Source: an uncultured Acidobacteriota bacterium (GTDB taxonomy: Bacteria; Acidobacteriota; Thermoanaerobaculia; Thermoanaerobaculales; Sulfomarinibacteraceae). Taken from it: a stretch of DNA of 64,000 nt. Position 1 is the stretch's first letter; every line of letters starts with the position of its first letter. The stretch spans positions 113,936-177,935 of the forward strand of contig CAVSIS010000040.1 in NCBI GenBank assembly GCA_963727925.1. Direction: 5' to 3'. Below are positions 9,383-21,168 of the stretch, in pieces. The notes below the pieces were generated by a model. It made no database searches. It was not told where the DNA came from and saw only the letters and a program-made list of their open reading frames with translations. The position numbers and the translations under genes were made by a program.

Positions 9383-11992
9383 GTGCCCTCGACTCCCGAT
9401 GAAGCGTCTACAGCGGCCGCTCGCCGCACCCTCGGCAGCCTCGTGCCGACCGAGCCGACCTCCGACCCCGATGACATCCTGGAGCGCTTCCTGATCTGGA
9501 TCGGCGAGATCGGGTTCGAGCTCTACCCCGCTCAGGAGGAGGCGCTGCTCGAGATCATGGCCGGCCGCCACGTCGTGCTCTCGACGCCGACCGGGTCCGG
9601 CAAGTCGCTGGTCGCGCTCGGACTCCACTTCAAGGCCCTGTGCGAGGGACACACCAGCACCTACACCTCCCCGATCAAGGCCCTGGCGAGCGAGAAGTTC
9701 TTCGCACTGTGCGACGAGCTCGGAGCCGCCGAGGTCGGCATGCTCACCGGCGACGCGAGCATCAACCCCGACGGGCGGGTCCTGACCTGCACCGCCGAGG
9801 TGCTCTCGAACATGGCGTTGCGCCGCGGCGCCGACCTCGACCTGCCCTACGTGGTGATGGACGAGTTCCACTACTACGCCGACCGCGACCGCGGGGTTGC
9901 CTGGCAGATTCCTCTGATCACGCTCCCGGACACGCAGTTCCTGCTCATGTCGGCGACCCTCGGCGACATGACAACCATTGCCGGTCATCTCGAGCGTACC
10001 ACCGGACGCGAGGTCGCCGTGGTCAGCTCGGGCGAGAGGCCGGTCCCGCTGGACTACGAATACCGCGAGACGCCGCTCCACGAGACCGTCCAGGATCTGG
10101 TGGCGACGGACAAGGCACCGATCTACATCGTCAACTTCAGCCAACGCGAGTGCGCCGAGCTCGCCCAGGGCCTGACCAGCACCACCCTCGCCGGGCGCGA
10201 GGCGCGCGACCGGCTGCGCGAGGCGATGTCCGGGGCCCGTTTCGACACCCCTTACGGCAAGGAGCTGCGTCGTTTTCTCGGCTTCGGCATCGGCGTCCAT
10301 CACGCGGGACTGCTGCCCAAGTACCGGCTGCTGGTCGAGCAGCTCGCGCAGCAGGGCCACCTCCGGGTGATCTCCGGCACCGACACCCTCGGCGTCGGAG
10401 TCAACATCCCGATCCGCACGGTGCTGTTCACCAAGCTGGCCAAGTACGATGGCCGCAAGGTCACTCAGCTCAAGGTGAGAGACTTCCAGCAGATCGCCGG
10501 GCGCGCCGGCCGGCGCGGATTCGACGTTGCCGGCAGCGTTATCGCTCAGGCGCCCGACTGGGTGATCGACAACCTGCAGGCAGAGCGCAAGGCCGCGGGA
10601 GACGCCAAGAAGCTCCGCAAGATGGTCAAAAAACGCCCCGAAGCGGGCTCCGTCTCGTGGTCAAAGGAGACCTTCGACAACCTGGTCGCCAAGCCGCCCG
10701 AGAAGCTCGTCTCGCGGTTCAGGATCAGCGACGGGATGGTCCTCGACCTACTCCAGCGAGACGCCGAGCTCGACGACCCCGCGTCGCGGAACTTCGACTC
10801 CCTGCGCGCCCTGATCCGCGCCTGCCACGACGACGACGGGGCGAAGTCGCGCCACCTCGCCCACGCCGCCCGAATCGTGCGCTCGCTCAACCGCGCCGGG
10901 ATCGTTCGCATGTCGCGAGACACCGCGTCAAACTACCTCTGGGTGGTGGTCAACGACGAGCTCCAGTTCGACTTCTCGCTCTACCACAATCTGTCCTTGT
11001 TCCTGGTCGACGCCATCGGCCGTCTCGAGCCGCAGTCCTCGGACTACGCGCTCGACCTGGTGAGCCTGGTCGAGGCGGTGCTCGAGGATCCCGCGGTCAT
11101 CCTCCGGCAGCAGGTCGACCGCGCGAAGACCGACCTGCTGGCCCGGCTCAAGGCGGACGGCGTCGGCTACGAGGAGCGCGTCCAGCGGCTCGACGAGGTG
11201 ACCTACCCGCAGCCGTGCAAGGACCTCCTGTGGGCGGCCTACGATCGCTTCCGCGCCGGACGTCCCTGGCTCGGGGGCCACCTCGTGAGCCCCAAGTCGA
11301 TCGGCCGCGAGATGCTCGAGCAATATCTCGACTTCGGCGACTATGTTCGCCAGTACGGCCTCCACCGCAGCGAGGGCGTGCTCCTACGCTACCTGTCGCA
11401 GCTCTACCGCACCCTCGAGCACAACGTCCCGGATGCGGCCAAGGATGACGCGGTGTGGGACGTCGTCGGCTTCTTCCGCGCGATGCTCGAGCGGGTGGAC
11501 ACCAGCCTGATCGAGGAGTGGGAGACTCTCCTCCACCCCGAACTGCGGACCACTCACCAGGTTGCGGACGCCCACGCGGCGCACCGCCTGCTCGTCCTCG
11601 AGGAGCTGCTCGCCAATCCACGCGTGCTCACGGCGCGGGTTCGGGCCGAGATGCACCGCCTGGTGCGATCCCTCACCGGCCGCGCCTGGGAGGAAGCTGC
11701 CGAGATGGTCCGTACCGACCCTGCGGATCCGGCTGCCGCCTGGCCGGCGGAGCGCCTCGAGGCTGCGATGGCGCCCTTCTTCGAGCGCTTCGGGACCCTC
11801 GTCTTCGACGCCCGCGCACGCCTCGCCGAGCACACCCAGATGACGCCGACCGGGGACCGCACCTGGCGGGTGATCCAGGTGCTTCTCGACCCCGAGGACG
11901 AGAACCTGTGGTACCTCGAGGGGGCCGTCGACCTGCGCCGCCCGGAGGCCGTCGACGGTCCGCTGGTCGCCCTGACGGCGATCGCGAACTGA
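9383..11992 (+). CDS. Ski2-like DEAD/DEAH-box helicase with long C-terminal extension
   Basis: 869 aa, GTG start after GGAGG. Walker A is STPTGSGKSLVA and the DExH box is VVMDEFHYY. It also has SATLG and HHAGLLP motifs. Confidence 0.9.
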   Translation: MPSTPDEASTAAARRTLGSLVPTEPTSDPDDILERFLIWIGEIGFELYPAQEEALLEIMAGRHVVLSTPTGSGKSLVALGLHFKALCEGHTSTYTSPIKALASEKFFALCDELGAAEVGMLTGDASINPDGRVLTCTAEVLSNMALRRGADLDLPYVVMDEFHYYADRDRGVAWQIPLITLPDTQFLLMSATLGDMTTIAGHLERTTGREVAVVSSGERPVPLDYEYRETPLHETVQDLVATDKAPIYIVNFSQRECAELAQGLTSTTLAGREARDRLREAMSGARFDTPYGKELRRFLGFGIGVHHAGLLPKYRLLVEQLAQQGHLRVISGTDTLGVGVNIPIRTVLFTKLAKYDGRKVTQLKVRDFQQIAGRAGRRGFDVAGSVIAQAPDWVIDNLQAERKAAGDAKKLRKMVKKRPEAGSVSWSKETFDNLVAKPPEKLVSRFRISDGMVLDLLQRDAELDDPASRNFDSLRALIRACHDDDGAKSRHLAHAARIVRSLNRAGIVRMSRDTASNYLWVVVNDELQFDFSLYHNLSLFLVDAIGRLEPQSSDYALDLVSLVEAVLEDPAVILRQQVDRAKTDLLARLKADGVGYEERVQRLDEVTYPQPCKDLLWAAYDRFRAGRPWLGGHLVSPKSIGREMLEQYLDFGDYVRQYGLHRSEGVLLRYLSQLYRTLEHNVPDAAKDDAVWDVVGFFRAMLERVDTSLIEEWETLLHPELRTTHQVADAHAAHRLLVLEELLANPRVLTARVRAEMHRLVRSLTGRAWEEAAEMVRTDPADPAAAWPAERLEAAMAPFFERFGTLVFDARARLAEHTQMTPTGDRTWRVIQVLLDPEDENLWYLEGAVDLRRPEAVDGPLVALTAIAN

Positions 11993-12015
11993 CCTCGGCA
12001 TGAGGCGACGGGTCC

Positions 12016-13224
12016 CTAGCGGTTGGAGACGGGCGCGCCGGCGTAGGCCTCGACCGCGACGCCGAGGACCTGCATCGCCTCGGCGAGGCGCGCGGCATCG
12101 TACATGAATGCCAACCGGACCTCGTCGATGCCAACACCCGGGGTCACGTAGAAGCCCGGCCCGGGTGCGACGCAGATCGTCCGCCCGTCGTGGGAGAAGT
12201 CGCGCAGGAGCCAGACCGCAAATTCCTCGGCGCTCGCGATCGGGAGCCGCGTCATGGTGTAGAACGAACCCTCGCTGCGGTGCGGGCTGACCCCGGGGAT
12301 CGCCGCGAGGCCCGAGAAGACCGCGTCCCGCCGGCCCTGGTACTCGCCGCGCAGCCCCTCCGAGTACGCCCGACCGTTCTCGAGCATCGGCACCACCATC
12401 AGCTGCTCCGCGGTCGCCACCGAGAGCCGGGCCTGGCAGAAGCGCAGCGCGACGTCGATCACCTCACGGTTGTGGCTCGCCATGCACCCGATGCGGACGC
12501 CGCAGGCGTTGAAGCGCTTGGACACGCTGTCGACGACGACGATCCGCTGCGCGAGGTCGCGGTAGCGGGTGAACGAGCGCACCTTGCCGCCGTCGAACAC
12601 GAACTCGCGATAGACCTCGTCGCAGATCACGAAGAGGTCGTGCTCGGCCGCCACCCGTGCGACCGCGTCGAGCTCCTGCTCGGTGTAGACGGTGCCGGTG
12701 GGGTTGGAGGGGTTGCACAGCAGGATCGCCTTGGTCCGCGGCGTGATCCGGCGCAGCAGCCGCTCCTCGGAGCCGAAGTGGTAGCCGTCCTCGACGCGCA
12801 GCGGGATCGGCACCATCGTGACGTCGGCCTGGGCAGCGAAGCTGAGGTAATTGGTGTAGCAGGGCTCGAAGACGAGCACCTCGCCGCCGCCCCCGGCGAG
12901 CACCGAGAGGGTGAACGTGATCGCCTCGCTGGCGCCCGCGGTGACCAGGATCTGGTTGGGGGCGAAGTCAATGTCCCAGCTCGAGAAAAAGGCGCTCCAT
13001 GCCTCCCTGGCGCGCGGCAGGCCCTCCGACGGAGCGTAGGCGAGCCGGCTAAGGGCCAGACCATGGAGTTCGGCGATCATCTCGGGCGGGGTCGGCATGT
13101 CGGGCTGACCGATGTTCAGGTAGATGACGTCGAGCCCGCGTGCCTCGGCCGCGCTCGCATGCGGCGCGAGCTTTCGGATCGGCGACTCCTGGAGACGGGC
13201 GGATTTGGCAGACAGCGACGGCAT
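12016..13224 (-). CDS. class I/II pyridoxal-phosphate-dependent aminotransferase
   Basis: The start MPSLSAKSARLQESPIRKL fits the typical family N-terminus. It also has NPSNPTG and the SVSKRFNACGVRIG PLP-lysine motif. Confidence 0.9.
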   Translation of the reverse strand: MPSLSAKSARLQESPIRKLAPHASAAEARGLDVIYLNIGQPDMPTPPEMIAELHGLALSRLAYAPSEGLPRAREAWSAFFSSWDIDFAPNQILVTAGASEAITFTLSVLAGGGGEVLVFEPCYTNYLSFAAQADVTMVPIPLRVEDGYHFGSEERLLRRITPRTKAILLCNPSNPTGTVYTEQELDAVARVAAEHDLFVICDEVYREFVFDGGKVRSFTRYRDLAQRIVVVDSVSKRFNACGVRIGCMASHNREVIDVALRFCQARLSVATAEQLMVVPMLENGRAYSEGLRGEYQGRRDAVFSGLAAIPGVSPHRSEGSFYTMTRLPIASAEEFAVWLLRDFSHDGRTICVAPGPGFYVTPGVGIDEVRLAFMYDAARLAEAMQVLGVAVEAYAGAPVSNR

Positions 13225-13349
13225 CGCGCACCTCCCGGCCGGCAAGATTGTACCCCGCTTCACAAGTCGACGACGAGCACCCCCGCCTGGAAATGGCTGG
13301 CTCAGGCCGTACAATGACCCGGTCAACGCCACGCTCGAAAGGACCGACG

Positions 13350-14816
13350 ATGCTCGACCGCTGGCGACGCCTCTACGGCCACCTGACCCTCAGGCTGCTG
13401 TGGGACCTGTTCATGGTCTGGGTCGCCCTGATCAACCTCGGGATGATCGTCTTCGACCTCACCTACCTGTGGCTGCGACCGGTCTACTTCCATTACGTCC
13501 CCGTGGTGATTCGGATTTATGACCCGGTCAAGGGCATCGAGCCGCACCCCCTGACTGGGCAGTTCCTCGAAGAGCTCGACGCCGCCGAGCGCCTCGCCGA
13601 GCTCGCGCCGGGATCGCCGGAGCTCTCCGAGCGGCTCGGTGCGCTCCAGACCCTGACGCGCCGGATCCTGCTCGAAAACCCCTTCGAGCGCTCCGGCCTC
13701 GGCCACAACCTCGACCTGCTCAAGCAGGTCATCGCCCACGACAGCGGGATCCGGGTGACAGATCTCGAGGACCCGGAGACGGTCAACCGGGCCATTGCCG
13801 AGGTGTGGTCGGGACCACCGTCGCAGCTGCGCGCCCGGATCGAGCGCATCGACCTCGAGGTTCGACCGCTGTTACGCGAGAACTACTTCCGCGAGTTCAA
13901 CCGCAATGGTCACCTCATCGACCACTTCTGGATGCTCGACCTGCCGTTCCTGATCCTGTTCTGGGTCGAGTTCATGGTCCGCTGGGCGATCGCGATCCGG
14001 CGCCGGACCTACGCCCGCTGGTTCTTCTTCCCGATCTTCAACTGGTACGACGTGCTCGGGCTGGTCCCGGTCGCCTACCTGCGCGTCTTCCGCCTCCTGC
14101 GCTTGGCGTCGATGTACATGCGCCTGCGGCGCAGCCAGCTCTCTGTTGTCGGCAAGGACGTCATCAGCCGGAGCGTGGCCTACCTTTCCAACATCATCAC
14201 CGAGGAGGTCTCGGACCGCGTCGCCCTGCGCATCCTCGAGGAGTTCGCCGAGGAGATCCGTGACGGTACCCATCGCCGCGTCGTCCAGGACGTCGTCGGC
14301 ACCCGGCGCGGCGAGATCGAGGCCGTGCTCGCGGAGCAGGTCCACGGGCTGCTCACCGACGAGGAGATCCTGTCGAGCCTGCGCTCCCTGCTGCGCCTGA
14401 ACCTCGAGAATGCCGTCGACAGGTCCGAGGCGCTGCAGTCCGTGCCGCTACCCAACGCCATCCTGCGTCCGATCGTGCGCGGGGTTGGCGAGGTCGTCCT
14501 CGACGCGACGCTCGAGACCTTGCGCGCCACTCTCGAAACTCCCGAGGGGCGAGAGGCCGTCCAGAAGGTGGCGACCGCCGCAGTCGAGCGTCTCTTCGAA
14601 GGTGCCGGGGTCGAGCAGGTCGAGGTCCTCGCCCGTGAGATCAGCCTCAATATCATCGACGAGATGAAGGCGACCGTCGCAGTCAAGAAGTGGGCCCTCC
14701 CCGGGGCCCGGCAACGACCGCACTCCCTCGCCGAGGCCCTCGGCACCATCGCCGAAGGCGATCACGGGACCGGACAGAAAACCACAGAGGCACAGAGCAC
14801 CCTCCCGTCCGAGTGA
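13350..14816 (+). CDS. ion transport (voltage-gated-channel-like) membrane protein
   Basis: Internal Met of ORF 13140..14816, preceded by GAAAGGA. It has TM segments and an S4-like Arg-rich helix, LRVFRLLRLASMYMRLRR. The last 12 codons lie inside repeat element copy A. Confidence 0.78.
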   Translation: MLDRWRRLYGHLTLRLLWDLFMVWVALINLGMIVFDLTYLWLRPVYFHYVPVVIRIYDPVKGIEPHPLTGQFLEELDAAERLAELAPGSPELSERLGALQTLTRRILLENPFERSGLGHNLDLLKQVIAHDSGIRVTDLEDPETVNRAIAEVWSGPPSQLRARIERIDLEVRPLLRENYFREFNRNGHLIDHFWMLDLPFLILFWVEFMVRWAIAIRRRTYARWFFFPIFNWYDVLGLVPVAYLRVFRLLRLASMYMRLRRSQLSVVGKDVISRSVAYLSNIITEEVSDRVALRILEEFAEEIRDGTHRRVVQDVVGTRRGEIEAVLAEQVHGLLTDEEILSSLRSLLRLNLENAVDRSEALQSVPLPNAILRPIVRGVGEVVLDATLETLRATLETPEGREAVQKVATAAVERLFEGAGVEQVEVLAREISLNIIDEMKATVAVKKWALPGARQRPHSLAEALGTIAEGDHGTGQKTTEAQSTLPSE

Positions 14817-14906
14817 CATGCTGCGTGCTCGCGCTCGGGCGCGAGCACGCAGTCCATGATTCGGGGCGGGGGGAGGGCGGTTCTGTGCCTCTGTGTCTCT
14901 GTGGTT
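14779..14906. repeat. REP/MITE-like palindromic element, copy A
   Basis: The termini are AACCACAGAGGCACAGAG ... CTGTGCCTCTGTGTCTCTGTGGTT. Subterminal segments are CCCTCCC / GGGAGGG. The central part is a perfect 14-bp hairpin, CTGCGTGCTCGCGC-tcgg-GCGCGAGCACGCAG. Confidence 0.7.
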
Positions 14907-14994
14907 CAACTCCGACGGGTTGACAGCTCGACGCTTCCGATGCGAGCATCGGCCCGTGAACGACCGCTCCGCCCACGCCGCGACCCTCCGCGCC

Positions 14995-17556
<2,562 letters not shown>

Positions 17557-17569
<13 letters not shown>

Positions 17570-18982
17570 AGTTCGGCGGCTCCTCCGTAGGCGAGCTCGA
17601 CACCGCCCGGACCGTGATCGACCTCGCGAGCCGGCGGCGGGATGAGGGCCTCGTCGTGGTCCTGTCGGCACTCGCCGGAACCACCGACCGCCTGGCGCGG
17701 ATCGGCCAGCTCGCGGCTGCGGGTCGGATCGATGGCGCCCTGGCCCTGATCGAGGCGATTCGCGCGCATCACCTCCGGCTCGCGACGGGGCTGATCTCCC
17801 GTGAGCCCGAGCGGCGACGCCGCGGTGGCGGACTGCGTGGAACGTCTGGCCACGGTCGCCCGGATGGCGACGAGCTGCGCCGTCCTCGGCGATCTGTCGC
17901 CGACGGTTGCGGCCCGCCTGCTCGGCCACGGCGAGCGCATGGCAACGCGGATCTTCGCGGCGGCCCTTCGAGCCGCCGGTGTCTCGGTGGTGCAGGTGGA
18001 CGCGACCGAGCTCATCGTCGCCGACGGCGATCCGCTCGCCGCCGACGCCTTCGTCGGCGCGACCCGGGACCGGGTTCGCGCCACTCTGCCGCCGCTGCTC
18101 GCAACTGGCGCCGTGGTCCTGACCGAGGGCTTCGTCGCGTCCACCCCCGGCGGCGTCGCCGTGACCCTCGGCCGCGGCGGCTCCGACTGGACCGCGACGC
18201 TGCTCGGCGCGGCCCTCCCGGCAGACGAGATCGAGATCTGGACCGACGTCGACGGCATCATGACCGCCGACCCCGGCATGGTTCCCGAAGCCCGCTCGAT
18301 CCCGCGCATGAGCTTCGCGGAGGCCTCGGAACTCGCCGCCTTCGGCGCCCGCGTGCTCCATCCCGCCACCCTCGTCCCGGCCGTCGAGCAGGGCATCCCC
18401 GTGCGGGTGCTCAACACTCGGCGGCCCGCCGGCGCCGGCACCCTCGTGCTCGCCGAGGCGTGCCCCAACGGGCACCCGGTCAAGAGCATCGCCTACAAGG
18501 AGGGGCTCACGGTGGTGCGCCTGACCTCGACCCGGATGTTCAAGGCCCACGGCTTCCTGCGCCGGCTGTTCGCGGTGCTCGACCGCCACCGCTTGGCCCC
18601 CGACGTGGTTGCCACCTCCGAGGTGTCGGTCGCCTTCGGCTTCGCCGACGCCACCCGCCTGCCGGCGGCCTTGGCTGAGCTCGGCGAGCTCGGCACGGTC
18701 GCCGTCCGCACCGGCCAGGCTGTGGTGTGCGTGGTCGGGGAGCAGCTCAAGGAGGTTCCGGGCATCGTTGCGCAGGTCTTCGACGACCTCGGCGACCTTC
18801 GCGCCTCGCTGGTGTCCTTCGGGGGCTCGGAGATCAACCTAAGCTTCGTGGTCGATGAGGCCGCGCTGCCCGAGGTCGTGTCCCGGCTCCACCGGCGCTT
18901 CTTCCCGCCTGTGGCGGACGGAGTGCCTCTCGGCACGGCGGCCCACCCGCACACCACCAGTGCGGCCTCGCCCGAGGCATGA
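17557..18982 (+). CDS. lysC: aspartate kinase (frameshifted as sequenced)
   Basis: GGAAGGAGG precedes MRVLKFGGSSVG. TLGRGGSDWTA and ACT-like C-terminal repeats lie in a second frame. One extra base at about 17800 (GLIS|c|VSPSGDAAV). Confidence 0.88.
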
Positions 18983-19002
18983 ACGAGGCGTAAGATGCCG
19001 CC

Positions 19003-20156
19003 ATGCCCGAGCCGCCGCTGCGCCGGATCCTGCACTGTGACATGGACTGCTTCTACGCCGCGGTCCACATGCGCGACGACCCGACCCTTGCCGGGCGTCC
19101 GGTGGTGGTCGGCGGCGACCCGAAGGGCCGCGGCGTGGTCGCCGCCGCGAGCTACGAGGCGCGCAGTTTCGGCATCCACTCGGCGATGCCCGCAGCGCAG
19201 GCGGTCCGTCTGTGCCCGAATGCGGTCTTTCTCGAGCCGGACTTCTCCCGCTACCGCCGCGAGTCGGCGGCCATCTTCGCCATCTACCGGGAGGTCACCC
19301 CACTTGTCCAGCCGCTGTCGCTCGACGAGGCCTACCTCGACGTCAGCCGCCACCTCGGCGCCTTCCCCTCGGCCACCGCCATCGCCAAGGAGATCCGCCA
19401 CCGGGTGCGCGAGGAGCGCCGGCTCACGGTCTCGGTCGGGGTCGCCCCGAACAAGCTGGTGGCCAAGATCGCGTCGGACTTCCGCAAGCCCGACGGCCTC
19501 ACGGTGGTCCGGCCCGGGGAGGTCGAGGCGTTTCTCGCGCCGCTGCCGGTCCGTCGCCTGCACGGGGTCGGTCCGTCGAGCGAGCAGGCGCTCTTGGAGC
19601 TCGGCGTGCACACCGTGGCCGAGCTGCGCGCGCTCTCCCTCGACCGGCTCCTGGCCCGCTTCGGCCACTGGGGCCGCTCGTTCTGGCACTACTGCCCGCG
19701 GTCTCGACGACCGTCCGGTGCAGCCCCACGAGCCGCGCCGGAGCTTGAGCGCCGAGCGCACTTTCCGCACCGACCTCGCGACCCTGGCCGAGGTCGACGA
19801 GGTGATCGCCGCGCTCGCGGAGGAGGTCGCCAACGGGCTCCAGCGGCGCGACCTCGCCGGCTGCACGATCACCGTCAAGGTCCGCTACGCCGACTTCACC
19901 ACGCTCACCCGCTCGCGAACCCTCGCCGTCCCGACCGCGAGGCTCGACGCGATCGACGCGATCGCGCGGGAGCTGGTCCGCCGCACCGAGGCCGGCCGTC
20001 GGCCGGTCCGCCTGCTCGGCGTCGGGGCCTCCAACCTGGTCCCGGCGACCCTCGAGCCGCTGCCCCTGTTCGAGGACCCGACCGAGCGCGAGACGCACGA
20101 GACCCACCACCAAGACACAGAAGACACCAAGCCCCCTCCCACCCGAGGCCTCCTGA
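19003..20156 (+). CDS. dinB: DNA polymerase IV (frameshifted as sequenced; 3' end uncertain)
   Basis: ILHCDMDCFYAAVHMRDDP, SLDEAYLDV and VGVAPNKLVAKIASD. One extra base at about 19693 (FWHY|t|ARGLDDRPV). After that the frame has no stop until 20572. The listed end assumes a second insertion before the TGA at 20154. Confidence 0.82.
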
Positions 20157-20247
20157 GCTCAGCGACGAAGCGACGACAGACCTGCCGCCCCGAGCTTGAA
20201 TCCGAGAGCCCCCAATCTGCTCTCATCTCTTTTCTTTGTGTCTTGGT
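20103..20247. repeat. REP/MITE-like palindromic element, diverged copy B
   Basis: The left end is CCACCACCAAGACACAGAAGACACCAAG and the right end is CTTTGTGTCTTGGTGTCTTTGTGGTT. It shares the CCCTCCC-N-CCGAG subterminal segment and the GTGGTTCAAC end with copy A. It overlaps the dinB 3' end. Confidence 0.55.
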
Positions 20248-20276
20248 GTCTTTGTGGTTCAACCCGCCCGGTCCCG

Positions 20277-21071
20277 TCACGGGACACGCCCGAGGCGGCG
20301 CAGGAGCGCCCTCGGGTCGTTGGCGAGGATGCCGTCGGCGCCGCTTGCCAGCGCGCGGTCGATCGCCGGGCCGTCGGCGGTGTAGACCAACACCGCGAGA
20401 CCCCGCTCCTGGAGGGCGGCGACCCTCTGCCGGGTCGCCTCGGCGAGCGGCAGCAGCACCACGGACGCGGCGATCTCGGCAGCGAGCGCTACCGGGTCCG
20501 GGATCAGCCGCCGGCTGGCGAGGATCCCGAGCTCGATCCCGGTGTCGACCGAGCGCAGCCGTCGCAGCGTGAACGGGTCGAAGGAAATGAAGGTGACGCC
20601 GCCGGCGGGGGCGAAGGCCCGGGCGGTCCGCACCAGCGCCCGGGACGCGGTCGGGGGCGCGTCCGGCACCGGCCGATCGACCTTGACCTCGACCAGGACG
20701 TGGACCCGGCCCGCGGCCGCCGAAAGCGCCTGCGCGAAGGTCGGCACCCGTTCGTCGGGCTCCGCGATCCCGTTCCCGCGGCGCACCTCGAGCCCACGCA
20801 GAGCCGGCAGTGCAACCGTCTCGACCCGCCGCCGGATCCCGGTGGTGCGGTGCAGGCTGGCGTCGTGGAGCAGCACCGGCACCCCGCCCGCCGTGAAACG
20901 CACGTCGATCTCGATCGCGTCGACGCCCTCTGCGGCCGCTGCCGCCACCGCACCGAGGGTGTTCTCGCGCCGCCCCGCCGAGTCACCGCGGTGGGCGATG
21001 GCGAGCGGCCGCGGCCGGCCCGCCAGCAGCGACCAAGGTGTCCTGGTGGCGGGCTCGCTGGGGACTTCCAT
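20277..21071 (-). CDS. glycerophosphodiester phosphodiesterase family protein
   Basis: 264 aa. LAIAHRGDSAGRRENTL, DAIEIDVRFTAGGVPVLLHD and VLVYTAD are typical GDPD motifs. Confidence 0.88.
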   Translation of the reverse strand: MEVPSEPATRTPWSLLAGRPRPLAIAHRGDSAGRRENTLGAVAAAAAEGVDAIEIDVRFTAGGVPVLLHDASLHRTTGIRRRVETVALPALRGLEVRRGNGIAEPDERVPTFAQALSAAAGRVHVLVEVKVDRPVPDAPPTASRALVRTARAFAPAGGVTFISFDPFTLRRLRSVDTGIELGILASRRLIPDPVALAAEIAASVVLLPLAEATRQRVAALQERGLAVLVYTADGPAIDRALASGADGILANDPRALLRRLGRVP

Positions 21072-21139
21072 GGCGCACGAGGATACCGCGTGGCCGGCTT
21101 CTGTGAGGACACTGCCGGCCTGGTCAGATGTTCAGACCA

Positions 21140-21168
21140 TCTTTGAATCGCGCCGCGCGATTCAAAGA
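21140..21168 (-). terminator. perfect 13-bp palindrome overlapping glnA stop (TCTTTGAATCGCG / CGCGATTCAAAGA)
   Basis: The hairpin contains the glnA TGA. No U-tract follows, so its terminator function is uncertain. Confidence 0.35.
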
